From Eledone cirrhosa (taxonomy: Eukaryota): 64,000 bases of DNA. The position numbers and the translations under genes are program-made. The first letter of the stretch is position 1; every line of letters begins with the position of its first letter. This document shows, one piece after another, positions 44,755 through 56,288 of this stretch. The stretch covers positions 26,846,001 through 26,910,000 of the forward strand of contig OZ024754.1 in NCBI GenBank assembly GCA_964016885.1. Reading direction: 5' to 3'. The notes under the pieces were generated by a model, which worked only from the letters and a program-made list of their open reading frames with translations, did not search any database and was not told where the DNA came from.

Positions 44755-45122
44755 TATTGTTATACTTTGGTAGAGTCATGCACCCAATCAGAACACACAC
44801 ATTGGTTGAGTTTCACTTCAGTTTTATTATTATTCAGTTAATTAATCCATCAATCAGTTGGTTAATCAATTAATGAACTGTCAAAGTCATTTTGTCACAG
44901 GCTGAGACCTTATCGATGGCTCTTGCCCTCTTCATTTACACATACTTCATCTGAGAGAGAAAATTGATGGAGCAAATGTGGAGGAAGAGGACACACAGAG
45001 AGCAATATTCATTGATAAGGACACAGGCTGTGATGAAAGGACTTTGACAATTAATTAATTAGTTGATTATCAAATTGATTAATAATAAAACTGAAGTGAG
45101 ACCCTACCAAAGTATAGCAATA
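44755..45122. mobile_element. Foldback/MITE-like imperfect palindrome in the putative 3' UTR
   Basis: Paired segments: tattgttatactttggtagagtc / gaccctaccaaagtatagcaata; cacttcagttttattat / ataataaaactgaagtg; tgtcaaagtc / gactttgaca. Confidence 0.7.
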
Positions 45123-45816
45123 TCTGTTTCAACATACGATTTCACATCAAGATTCTTGCAAACTAATACAAAAATGACTTATTACTATATTTCCTTACAA
45201 AAGTTATTTAAGGCTATTTAGTTAATTATGTCCCTTATAACCTACATATCTATCTCACTGTCCACCTATCGACCTGTATATGTACGTACCAACCTGCTTG
45301 CCTTCATCTTATCTACCCACCTGAAAGATGAAGCAAACTATACAGTAATTCACCTTGCTAAAATCATAAAAATATACCAAAAGCAAAATTAAGTCAATAA
45401 AATATAAAAGAAAGCATAAAATATTTGTTTCGTTTTTCAATTTCTTGTTTAAATAAATCGTTTCCACTTGAAATACCTTTTTAGTTTTGTCTGCAGGGCA
45501 CAGCCTAAACACTGCCCCACCTAGGCCCAAAGCCCATCAACTTCTCCCCTCCACCCTTCTTCTGTGGCCCAAGAGTTTTTTGCATTTTCCTCTCGTTTAT
45601 GGCATTTATAGTCCTTCCTCTACTTTCCCATACAGCCAGATCTGCACTTCTTTACCCCTTCCCCTTTTTCTAGTTAATTTAATTCTTATCTTTCTTTATG
45701 TAATTATCAATGGGAGAATGGAAGTTTTTATAAGACAACATATTGAAAGCTATTGATGAGACATGTGAAACAGCACTGTGGATAGAACTGTGAAAAAGAA
45801 AAAAGCAATGCGTTTT

Positions 45817-46195
45817 GGTGTCACAACAAAAATTGCGCAGTCTACACTGTGAAGTGGCCGTGTAGGTGTCACAGCAAACATTGCCCAGTCCACAATATAA
45901 AGTGGTTGTGTAGGTGCCACAACAAAAATCGCCCAGTCCACTTCAGTAAAGTGGTCATGTCAGTGTCATGATAAAAAGTGCTCAGTCCACAATGTAAAGT
46001 GGTTGTGTAGGTGTCACGACAAAAAGAACCCAGTCCATACTGTAAATGTTGTTGGTGTTAGGAAGGTCATCCAGCCATAGAAACAAGGCCAGAAACAGTT
46101 CTATAGAGCAAGACACAGTCATCTGAGCCGTCTTGTCTCACGGCGGGACAACTCATCTAACCCAAGTTAGCATGAAAAGATGTTTTAGACAATGA
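45817..46195 (+). repeat. ~48-bp tandem repeat (about 5 copies) fused to a SINE/RTE-like 3' tail
   Basis: Units of ggtgtcac.acaaaaa..gcccagtccacactgtaaagtggttgtgta are followed by gttggtgttaggaagg.catccagccatagaaac...aacccaagttagcatg. The same arrangement occurs at 58370-58503, and the tail also at 53975-54140. Confidence 0.75.
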
Positions 46196-47087
46196 TAAAC
46201 TGAAGTATTTTGCTCAAGAACACATCCCACCTGGTTCAGGAATGGAACCCATGACTTTATGTTTTTTCAACCCCTCCATTCACCTTGTAAAATGGATACA
46301 AAATTATAAATTGAAAATTAAATTTTAACGATTCTTATTTTATTTAATTTAATCATTTATTGAATAAGTAAAAACAAGATTTATGAACGACTACTAATTT
46401 GTATTCTTTGACTCTCTCCTTCAATATCCCTGGGAAACAGTTGTATAAATCAACCTGACTATAATATTGGTACAAATCACACCTACACAAACTGTTGGAA
46501 ATGTTTAAAAAGTGAAGATATTTGTTACAATTTCCTATCACAATACATAGCAGGAAGCAAAACATATTATTTGTTTGCTTCTACACATACAAGCCCTCTA
46601 TTTTAATGGAAAAGGAAAATTAAAAGTTAAGGTTTTCATGCTTTACCTGAGGATGGAGGGTGATAGATAACTAACCCTTTTGGGACAGTATTTCTAATAG
46701 AATATACTATATTTCAATCAATGAGGAATTTTAAGGGATTTACTAAATTTATCAATAATTTCATTGCTAAGAGTGTGACCTAATATATGGATCTTATATA
46801 AAAATTATGTTGGAAGACTTAAATTTAAACAGGAACCTTTGAAATGGATTTTTTTATTTCATAGAAGCAGAGATGGGTTTGAAACTGGCTTGGTATCAAT
46901 AGGGTTGAAAAATGAAGAGAATAAAATAGGATTTTATGAGAAAAAAACCCAACCAAGATAGAAACTACATAGTATTCTTTGCTTCTAGGTAGCACACATT
47001 TTAGTTTAGAATACTCTCAGCTAAAACATTTCAATACCACACCTGTTTAAAAAGTGAAGATATTTGTTACGATTTCCTATCACAATA

Positions 47088-48745
47088 ATAATAATAATGA
47101 AATTATTGTGTAAAGTGCTCAGGTGCACTACAACTCGTCAATATAGTACATAGAATAATTGTTTCTACTTTAGGCACAAGGCCAGCAATTACCAGTGCAT
47201 TACTGGTACTTTATTTTATCGACCCCGTAAGGATGAAAGGCAAAGTCAACCTCGGCGGGATTTGAACTCAGATGGTAAAGGGACGTAACTATGCTGGAAA
47301 GCATGGCGTCCGACCCTCTACCGATACTGCCAACACAAATGTCAGGGAAGTACATGTTTGTATGTGTTAGCTGTAGTGTTGGCGGATCTCGGGAAGCATG
47401 GAGGCCTTAAAGGATGCAGTGTCTCGACAGCTAACAACTGATGCAGGTAGTTTGTTCCATGCTTCAGCAACTCTGAGCGTGAAAAAATGTTTCCGAAAGT
47501 CATGGGAACTGTGCTGTTTTCTTACTTTGTGGGCATGTCCACGTGTGTTAGACACATGGAAATCAAAAAGGCACTCAGGGTTGTTGTTGGCAACATGGTT
47601 AACAATTTTGTGGGTGTTTACCAAGTCAGTTGCCAGGCGTCGGAGCTTCAATGAATCCATGCCCAGGGAAGCAAGGCGCTCAGAGTATGGTAGATGCCTG
47701 ATGGAGGGTATTCGCTTGGTTGCACGTCTCTGAACAGTTTCCAGGCGGTCAATGTCCTGAGCAAGATAGGGGTTCCAGACTGGTGATGCAAATTCTAAGT
47801 GTGGTCGCACCATAGCTGTATACAGCCTTAAATAGATATCTGGAGAGCGGCTGACAAAGGTCTTGCTGAGTGATGCTAAGACACCCTCGGCCCTCTTGAC
47901 AATTTTAGAGACGTGCCTCGTCCAACGCAAATCGCTGCTGACCGTAATGCCCAGGTCACGTTCACAGGAAGACTTCTTGATATTAGTGCTGTGGAGGGAG
48001 TATGTGGACGCTGGGTTTTTACTCCCAAAATGCATGGTGGTGCACTTGTCCACAGCTAGCTTGAGTTGCCAGTCTGAGATCCACTGTTGCATTGTGTCCA
48101 GGTCAGACTGCAAGCAAGATCTATAGTGTTCAGGATCTGTCCTTTTTATCTCAAGGTACAGCTTGATGTCGTCTGAGTACTTTAGTACTGTGGCATTCCT
48201 TAAGTTGGCATCTATGTCATCAATATGTGCCACAAACAAAAGGGGGCCAAGAACAGATCCCTGAGGTACACCAGATGACATCTCATATGGTGAGGAATGC
48301 TGTCCCAGAACCGTGACTACCTCTCTTCGACTGAGAATGAAGGACTTCAACCAGTTAAAAAGATCATCCTTCACACCCATTGCAGAGAGTTTTGCCATAA
48401 GCCTTTTGTGTGGCACAGAATTGAAGGCCTTCGCAAAGTCAAGGTAAACAACATCCACCCATGAGCCCGCCATCAGTGATCCGGGTGATGTCCTCAAGAA
48501 ACTCTATAAGTTGATCACAGCAGCTGGAGTTGGGGATAAATCCAAATTGCGAGGGCCGGATAAGACTGTGAGAGCTCCAGAAGTTCCAAAGTGTTTCTCT
48601 GACACAGGATTCCATCAGTTTGGCAATGCAACTAGTAAGACTGACTGGACGATAGTTCACAGGTGATGTGCGGTCACCCTTTTTGAACAGAGGAATGACA
48701 CTGGCAGTTTTCCACTGTTCTGGAGTAGCACTGTTGTTCAGACAG
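47088..48745 (-). mobile_element. 5'-truncated CR1/L2-clade LINE, reverse transcriptase pseudogene with (TTA)n tail and AATA target duplication
   Basis: WKTASVIPLFKKGDR..NYRPVSLTS..RPSQFGF is frameshifted near 48470 into VDVVYLDFAKAFNSVPH..SGVPQGSVLGPLLF..YSDD..YTAMVRPHLEFASPVWNP..LETVQRRATK..TRGH..FFTLRVAEAWNKLP. AATA occurs at 47084-87 and 48746-49. Confidence 0.93.
47155..47335 (-). mobile_element. Family-1 SINE nested in the LINE 3' UTR
   Basis: aattgtttctactttaggcacaaggcc...ttttatcgaccccgtaaggatgaaaggcaaagtcaacctcggcgggatttgaactcag...accctctaccgatactgccaa. Confidence 0.85.
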
Positions 48746-48949
48746 AATACATAGCAGGAAGCAAAACATATTTGGTTTTATGATAAAAACAAATAAACAA
48801 ATTGTAAGTATTTATAATCACCTTCCATCATAATTTTATGAGATAATTTTTGTTAAGTTATATGTTCTAAACTTAATGAAAAGTAAGATATGAATTAATA
48901 AATCCCTCAAAATTGTTGATTATTTTGAAAATGATTTCAAAAACATAGG

Positions 48950-49040
48950 CAGTTCTTTTCATTAGAAATATGGTAATGAAAAGGTAACACAAACAGTTCT
49001 TTTCATTAGAAATATGGTAATGAAAAGGTAACACAAACAG
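48950..49040. repeat. Direct tandem duplication (~44 bp x2)
   Basis: cagttcttttcattagaaatatggtaatgaaaaggtaacacaaa is repeated head to tail. Confidence 0.8.
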
Positions 49041-50182
49041 TAAAATGATGGTAATGAAAACGATGGAACAAACAAGCTAACAAATTCTTTATATATTTTA
49101 ATCAATATACATTGGATCTCATAAAAACAAAGATAGAATGTGAGGAAGGTGGTGATGGGAGTGGGAGAACAAGAACAGAGAGAGAGGAAAAGACAGATAA
49201 ACAGCGAGGTAATTGTGGAAAAGGAAATGAAGATTATAGCTGAGATATATGCAGGTTTAGCCTCCTACAAGGTTGCCTCTCATAGGAGGTCTGGAGTGTT
49301 TTAATGGTAGGGGTTTCAGTATCATCATAAAAAGCAGCATGGAATGGAGTGTCTTGCTGAAGAACACAATGGCCAAGAATCAAACCCATGAACATATAAT
49401 CACAATTCCAACATACTAACAACCACGTCACAACTGAACAAAAATTTCTTTTCCTTTTTTGAATATTTGTGATGAATTTAAGATTAGGAATTAAAAGGAG
49501 GATGATGATGAGATGGAACGGAAGGTGACTGACCAAAGGTAGGAGTATATCATTGTAGTCATACTGTAAAGCAGTTAGTCTGGTGCTTTAACTGGTAGGG
49601 GCTCAAGTCCTATCTTGGCCTCTAGGTATTTAGTGTGGTGTATTATTAACTGTTACACATCCACAATTTTAGTAAAACTATCATCTAACTATCTGATATA
49701 TTCATAGGAAGTTTCTTTGGAGTTTTTAATGATAGGGTCCCCAATTCTAGCAGGAAAAGACTTCTCTCTGGACTAGATGCCAGCCCATTGCTATCGCTAA
49801 TTGTTGTTACAGCTCATATCTATGAAGGATTAACCGGCCTCACATGAGGTTTTTCAGAATTAATGACAAGGGTCTATCATGAAAAAACATTTCCCTCTTA
49901 CTCTGTACAGCATGCCTGTCCATTGCATGGGTTAACTTTCCTAGCTGCAACTGTTGGTACTCAATCTTTTTAGCTGAATGAACTGGAGCAATATGAAATA
50001 AAGCATCTTGCTGAAGGACACAACATGCAGCTCAGTCTGGGAATCAAACCCACAACCACACATCTTTACTCTAACTATATGCCGGCCAATATCTAACTAT
50101 ATATAAGTAGTACAAGTAGGTGTGTATTGCTGGTTGTTGTCTGTTGAGCATGAAGGTGGTTTCAAGACCTGTTTGAAATTTC

Positions 50183-50394
50183 TTAACTCTTTAACATTTA
50201 AACCACCTGTATCTGGCCAGAATTCTCTCACTTCTTTCTGTTTAACTGACTGTAATTGGTCATTCATACTGATGTTAAGATATTGTTCACAAAATAAATA
50301 TCAAAATCTCATAGATTTGATATTATGTGAGATAAAGCCTTTACCATGAAAATACAATAGTAAATATAGAGTAATGTAAATGCTAAAGGGTTAA
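50183..50394. mobile_element. piggyBac-type MITE copy
   Basis: TTAA-ctctttaacattt...aaatgctaaaggg-TTAA; the internal sequence matches 43921-44125. Confidence 0.78.
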
Positions 50395-50835
50395 GGAAGA
50401 TTTTGAATATATGTCAGCTAGTTGAAAGGATTTCATTTTAGGTTTTGGATAGAATGTGTGTGTGTGTGTATATTCATATAATTATGTAATTATGTGTGTG
50501 TGTGTATTCACATAAATATGTGATTATGTGTTTGTGTGTGTATTCATATAAATATGTCATCATTTTACATGTTTTTTCTATGATCACCTGGGTTGGATAG
50601 ATCTGCTCCAGCACAGCTTTCCTCAACTTGTCGCATTCCTTTATCTTCTCTGTGAGGTTCAGTATTCTGATATATACAGTGCGTGTATATATATTACTCT
50701 ATTACATGTTCCAGGCAATAGGCAGAGGCCATGCTGGAGCATATGTATACATGGTCTCTGGACCTCACTTGTTTCATAATGCAACAATCTGTCTAACTGA
50801 AGCAAGTGTGGAAAAAAGATGTTAAATGATGATGA

Positions 50836-50884
<49 letters not shown>

Positions 50885-50899
50885 TGTCACCTCTATCTT

Positions 50900-50935
50900 T
50901 CTTCTGATGAAGGACTAGCGTCCGAAACGTTAAGA
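50900..50935 (+). ncRNA. Minimal hammerhead motif next to a (TA)n tract
   Basis: tctt-CTGATGA-a-ggac tagc gtcc-GAAA-CG-TT-aaga. Stem II is 4 bp; AACGTT is palindromic. Confidence 0.55.
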
Positions 50936-51137
50936 CCATCTTCCTGCTATTTCAAGTGTTAAACTAATATATTCCTTCCATACACTGTACCATTTGTGTT
51001 ATTTCTGTTTATCTTTTACACACACATACACATATATATATAGTAGGGTTCTGATTTAATGATCTTAGTAGACTGCAAAGGAGGAATAACTCATTTATAT
51101 TAGAATAAATATACAAGGGATTTATTTATTTCCTTAC

Positions 51138-51362
51138 ATGTGTGTGTGTAATGAATACATGTGTGTGTGTGTAATGAATTCATGAGTGTGTGTGTAATGA
51201 ATTCATGTGTGTGTGTGTAATGAATTCATGTGTGTATGTAATGAATTCATGTGTGTGTGTGTGTAATGAATTCATGAGTGTGTGTGTAATGAATTCATGA
51301 GTGTGTGTGTAATGAATTCATGTGTGTGTTTGTATGTAATGAATTCATGTGTGTATGTAATG
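51138..51362. repeat. ~20-24-bp minisatellite ((GT)n-AATGAATTCAT), about 10 copies
   Basis: Tandem gtgtgtgtaatgaattcat units; the core ATGAATTCAT is palindromic. Confidence 0.85.
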
Positions 51363-51469
51363 AAAACACTATTCCAGGTATTTGAGTTACAATCTAGTGT
51401 AATGTAGTAATTTCACTTTGTAAAAGGTTAATGATCATTTAGTGAGGGAGGGGGAGTTCTAATCTATGG

Positions 51470-51770
51470 TTTTGATGAAAGATGATGAGAGAGAAACATA
51501 GAGATTGAGAAAGTAAGAAAGTGATAGCAAGATAGATAAAGAGTTAGTAAATGAGAGAAAAAGAAATTTACATATTGAAAGAGAGGGAGGGAGAGAGAGA
51601 GAAAGAAGATAGAGAAAGAGAGAGGGTGAGAGAGAGAAACAAGAGAGAAAGAAGATAGAGAAGGAGAGAGAGAGAGAAACAAGATAGTAAATGAGAGAGG
51701 AAGAGGGAAAGAGAACAGAAAAGAAGGAGAGAGAAAAGTATGGTAGTGAATGAACAAGAGAAAGGAGGGA
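51470..51770. repeat. GA-rich low-complexity tract in the BET1 3' UTR region
   Basis: (GA)n/GAAA-rich run; it is the source of the spurious S/L/F-rich ORFs. Confidence 0.8.
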
Positions 51771-51808
51771 AACAAAATTCCTTAAGGGCTGATTTCCATG
51801 AAAACTCG

Positions 51809-51964
51809 TCACCTGCTACGTACAACCAGCCAGCAAACACCAAAGACAAATAATGTAAATAAGAATAGATAAAGCCATATTTTCCAGTGTCCTTGTTTGG
51901 TAATTCCCTTTAGACGGTGCATAGCTTTTTGTAGGAGACCCGTTGATCCTTCAAAGTCTGAATC
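51809..51964 (-). CDS. BET1: BET1 exon 4 (end of SNARE motif, TM anchor, stop)
   Basis: tctttcctttactcag|GAT TCA GAC TTT...AGC AGG TGA. Confidence 0.93.
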   Translation of the reverse strand, partial: DSDFEGSTGLLQKAMHRLKGITKQGHWKIWLYLFLFTLFVFGVCWLVVRSR

Positions 51965-54900
51965 CTGAGTAAAGGAAAGACAATATTGGAGTGAAATACT
52001 AAACAGATATCACAGGGTAGAGTTTTCATATTCACAACAACAACATACATTTTAACCTTTTTGATAACAAACCACCTGAAACTGTCCCAGGTTATGATAC
52101 AAAACTGTATATTTTAAAGTGTTTATTTAAAGGCCTTCTATCATAATTTTATGAAAGGATTTTTGTTAAGCTATATTTGAAAATACTAGAGTGAAATAAT
52201 TTGAGTCCCAGGATTAGCTGGCTCCGGCTGACTCTATCTAAAATGGGCCCATATGTTGGGTTATGGATTCCGTCCCTCATCACTTTAAAATGCTAGGTTA
52301 CTTTTCAACCTATGTTGAGAAGGGAGGACAGATGGAACATGAGACTAACAACCTTACCTTCTTTAACCTTTTAGCATTTAAACCAGCTGTATCTGGCTAG
52401 AATTCTCTCACCTCTTTCTGTTCAAACTGGCCATAACTTGCTAATGATACTGATGTTAAGGTATTGTTCTCAAAATAAATATCAAAATCTCAGATTCGAT
52501 ATTATGTGAAATAATGCCTTTACCGTGAAATACAATAGTTAATATAGAGTAATGTAAATGATAAAGGGTTTATACTGGGAAATCTAGTTATATTACAAAA
52601 TCAAAATTCTTGATTATTTTCAAAATGAGCTGAAACATATTGTTTCATTAGAAGTATGGTAAAGGACCATCTTTCCTTGTAAGGGGTTAACCATGAAGAC
52701 CCCATGACAACATTTGAACTCAGAGTGCAGAGAGTTAGAAGAAACACTGATCAAACAACTCAGCAAAATATGTTAAAAGTTTCAAAAGAAATACATCTGT
52801 TTTCCAAAATTTTAGTATTCACAGCAAATACAATATATGCAAGTAAAAGTATCTTCTTCTTGGCTCACTTATTTCTGAAAGGGTCATGGGGGCACAGTCT
52901 TCAAAGACTCCTTCCAGTGGGTCCTGTCAGAAGCAACCATCTTCAACTCATCCAGCTGGATCCCCAATCGAGACCAGCCAAGTTCATGGATGTTATCCAA
53001 ACATCTTGCTTGGGGTCTACCCCTGGGTCTCCTGCCGGTTGGTTTTGCCTGTAAAATATGTCCAGGAATTCTTTCCTGAGACATTCTAAGCACATGCCCA
53101 TAGTATCGGAGCTGTGATCTCTCAATTCAGAGAGTAGTGGCTCTACCTGAAGTGACTCTCTGATCTCCGATCTATGCACTCCATCGAGTAACATTACTCC
53201 AAAGACCCTTCCGAGGAAACCCATTTTGGCTGCTTGTATTCGCGATCACATTACCCAAGATTCATGACCATACTCCTGCAGAACCGTCCACAGCAAGTCT
53301 TGAGGAACGCAGTCATATGCCTTTTCAAGATCGGTAAAACAAGAATATTCCTCTTGCCAATACTCCCATGATTCTTCAAAAACCTCAGTCACTAATCTGG
53401 TACTTTGTCAAATCTGCGAAGACTAGGCTATTTTAGAGGTGGCCTTTACTTGCCACATCGTAGCTGTTCTGCTAGAGAACGGGCCGCGGGTGGCAGATAG
53501 TGATACGGCCACCAGATATGATGGCGGGGAACTGCCAGATGAATAAGCAGCCCTGAACCAACAGCGGTAAACTACTAGGGGAGATGGAGCAATGGGTGAC
53601 ACCGGTAGCTCCCAAGAAAACTCTCACAATCCAGTGACGTAGCTATGAGGTGAGTAAAGGCCACCTCTAAAAAAGCCTAGTCTTCATGGGTTTGAAGTAA
53701 AAGTATAAATAATTTAACTATTTTGATATCAACCTGGAGCTGGTTTTATCAAACTAAACCACATATATATAGGTTCCTATTGAAATTCAAACATAATTTT
53801 ATATAATATGTTAAGGTAGTATCTTAGTAATGAATTAATAATTTTAGCAAACCCCTAGTGATTCTTCATTAATTAAGTAAAATAGAGTGTATTTCATTAG
53901 AAATCTGCCAAAATTAAAAAAAATGTTTCAGTTTTACAAGAAATGAATTTGTTTTATTTTTAGTATCTACACATGGCACACACTGTAAATGTGGTTGGCG
54001 TTAGGAAGAGCATCTAGCCATAGAAACCAAGCCAAAATCAGATGTGTGTGAGCGAATCACGGTCCCCGACCTGATCCCTCACAAAGGGACAGCTCGTCCT
54101 ACCCATGCTAACGTGGAAGATGGATGTTAAATGATGATAATCTACAGTAAAAACAAAATAAATGAAAATGAAAAGTCATTTAAATTTAAACCCACTTTTT
54201 TTTTTTGTAACATTAAAAAGTGTAAGGTAATAAATTGACAGTCATTAGAATATTTTGTGGTGTTCATTCTGCCTCTCTGCACTCAGTGCCAAAGTCAATA
54301 ATGTACCAGTTCTGTACTGAGGTTGATTCTTTCTCTATATATCTCAATTCTCTTCAATGGAAGAAATTGGAAGGCATCAGATCTGAAGAAAAAGGGACGC
54401 CCCCAAGTTTAAAAAATTCTTTACCTAGAATTAAGGACACATGCATGCAAGAAATCATCATTAAAATATAGAAGGAAAAAAAAAAAAGAGGCAGCTTACC
54501 ATTTGATCTAAAAATGTGTTCTGTGTCCGTATTTCAGTCCCTATATCAATGCTGAGCTGTGAATATAAAGGGTTTCACAATAAATAACTTCAAAAAGGGT
54601 CACAAACAAAATTCACCAAAAAATCAGTTTTGTAGGAGCAAGGCATGGTCATCTGACCTAGCATTGCCCAAAACTTGACAACTCGTCTAACCCATGCTAG
54701 CGTGGATAAATGGTTGTAAAACGATGATAATGATGTTTATTATAGTATTGCAGACTATAACAGAGGAGTTTAAGACTGGATGCCCATGGAACTTCTGTAT
54801 GTGGATGATCTTACACTTATAGCTGAATCTATGGTGGAACTAAAGAAGAAATTCCAAACAAGGAAGCAGGGACTAGAAAGAAGGGGTCCCAAAGTCAACC

Positions 54901-56229
54901 TGACAAAGACTAAGGTTCTCGTAAATAGACAAGAAAACTGAACCCAGATCCCCTCAGGGAAATGGCCTTGCTCAGTATGTAGGAATTCCATCCTCTGCCC
55001 CAAATGCAAACTATGGGTACACAAGAGATGTAGCGGGATCTCAGGAAGCTTAGTTAGGAATGTAGGCTTTACATGTAGCAGCTGCACTGGAACAGTAAGC
55101 AGCAAACAGCCACAGGAAACAAGCACTACCAAACTCTGGGAGGGCTCTGAAAAAACAGTAGACAGCTTCTGCTACCTAGGTGACCGAATTAGCAGCGGAG
55201 GCGGGTGTACAGTAACCAGGATAAGAACGGGATGGAAGAAATTCAGGGAGCTGCTACCACTGCCAGATGCAAAAGACTTTTCCCTCAAAATGAAAGGCAG
55301 ACTGTATGATGCATGCATACGAACAGCAATGTTACATGGTAGTGGGACCTGGGTGCTGTGTGTAGAAGACTTGCGTAGATTAGAAAGATATGAAGCTTGC
55401 ATGCTCCAATGAATGTGTAATAGTAATATACGCGAACGGCAAAGCATAAACGAATTGAGAGAGAGACTGAGCATAAGAGGAATCAAATGCTGTGTGCAGG
55501 AGAGGAGGTTGCGTAGCTATGGGCATGTGATGCGTATGTAGGATGACAGCTGTATAAAAAGGTGCAGAGCACTAAAAGTCGATGGAAGTCATTGGCCATT
55601 GTGAACCTGTCTACAGACACTTAGCTTGAATTTTTATCTGCCTTTGTTACTCTAAATATAATTTTTGAAGAATTCCCTTTTCAATGACCTCCACCCATCC
55701 CAATCACCACCCTCTCCTACCACCAGAAAAGGTATAAATTCCACCATATTACTTGGACAGTCGACTTCCTGATGATTTTTCCTGAATGAAACAGTTCTAG
55801 TCCTGTAGAAGCCATTTCTATATTAAATATTTATACTCTACTATGTATTGAGTACCTTACTTACTATGGTTACCCCCAATTGAACCCGAGATAGACTTAT
55901 ATAGCTTTTGATTCCAGAGTTAGGCTAGATTGATACAAATCAAACATTGAGGTATAGCGAAATGAGCATCACTACTCAATAAACGTAATGAAGACATATA
56001 ATACACTTGTGCCAAAAGTAGAAACAATAAAAAAAAAATAAAGAAAGCATTATTATTATAATATTATTCGGTAGAGGGTCGGACGCCATGTTTTGCAGCA
56101 AAGAGTTACGGCCCTTTATGATCTGAGTTCAAATCCTGCCGAGGTTAACTTTGCCTTTCATCCTTACCAGGTCAATAAAATAAAGTACCAGTAATACATT
56201 GGATAATTGCTGGCCTAAAGTAGAAACAG

Positions 56230-56288
<59 letters not shown>

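Noticed and set aside
47398-48126. Plus-strand ORFs of 111 and 87 aa
   Set aside because: They are antisense shadows of the LINE RT.
51459-51849. S/L/F-rich ORFs of 93-117 aa
   Set aside because: They are translations of the GA/TC low-complexity tract in the BET1 3' region.
55773-55802. CTGATGA...GAAA hammerhead-like motif
   Set aside because: Stems II and III do not pair convincingly.
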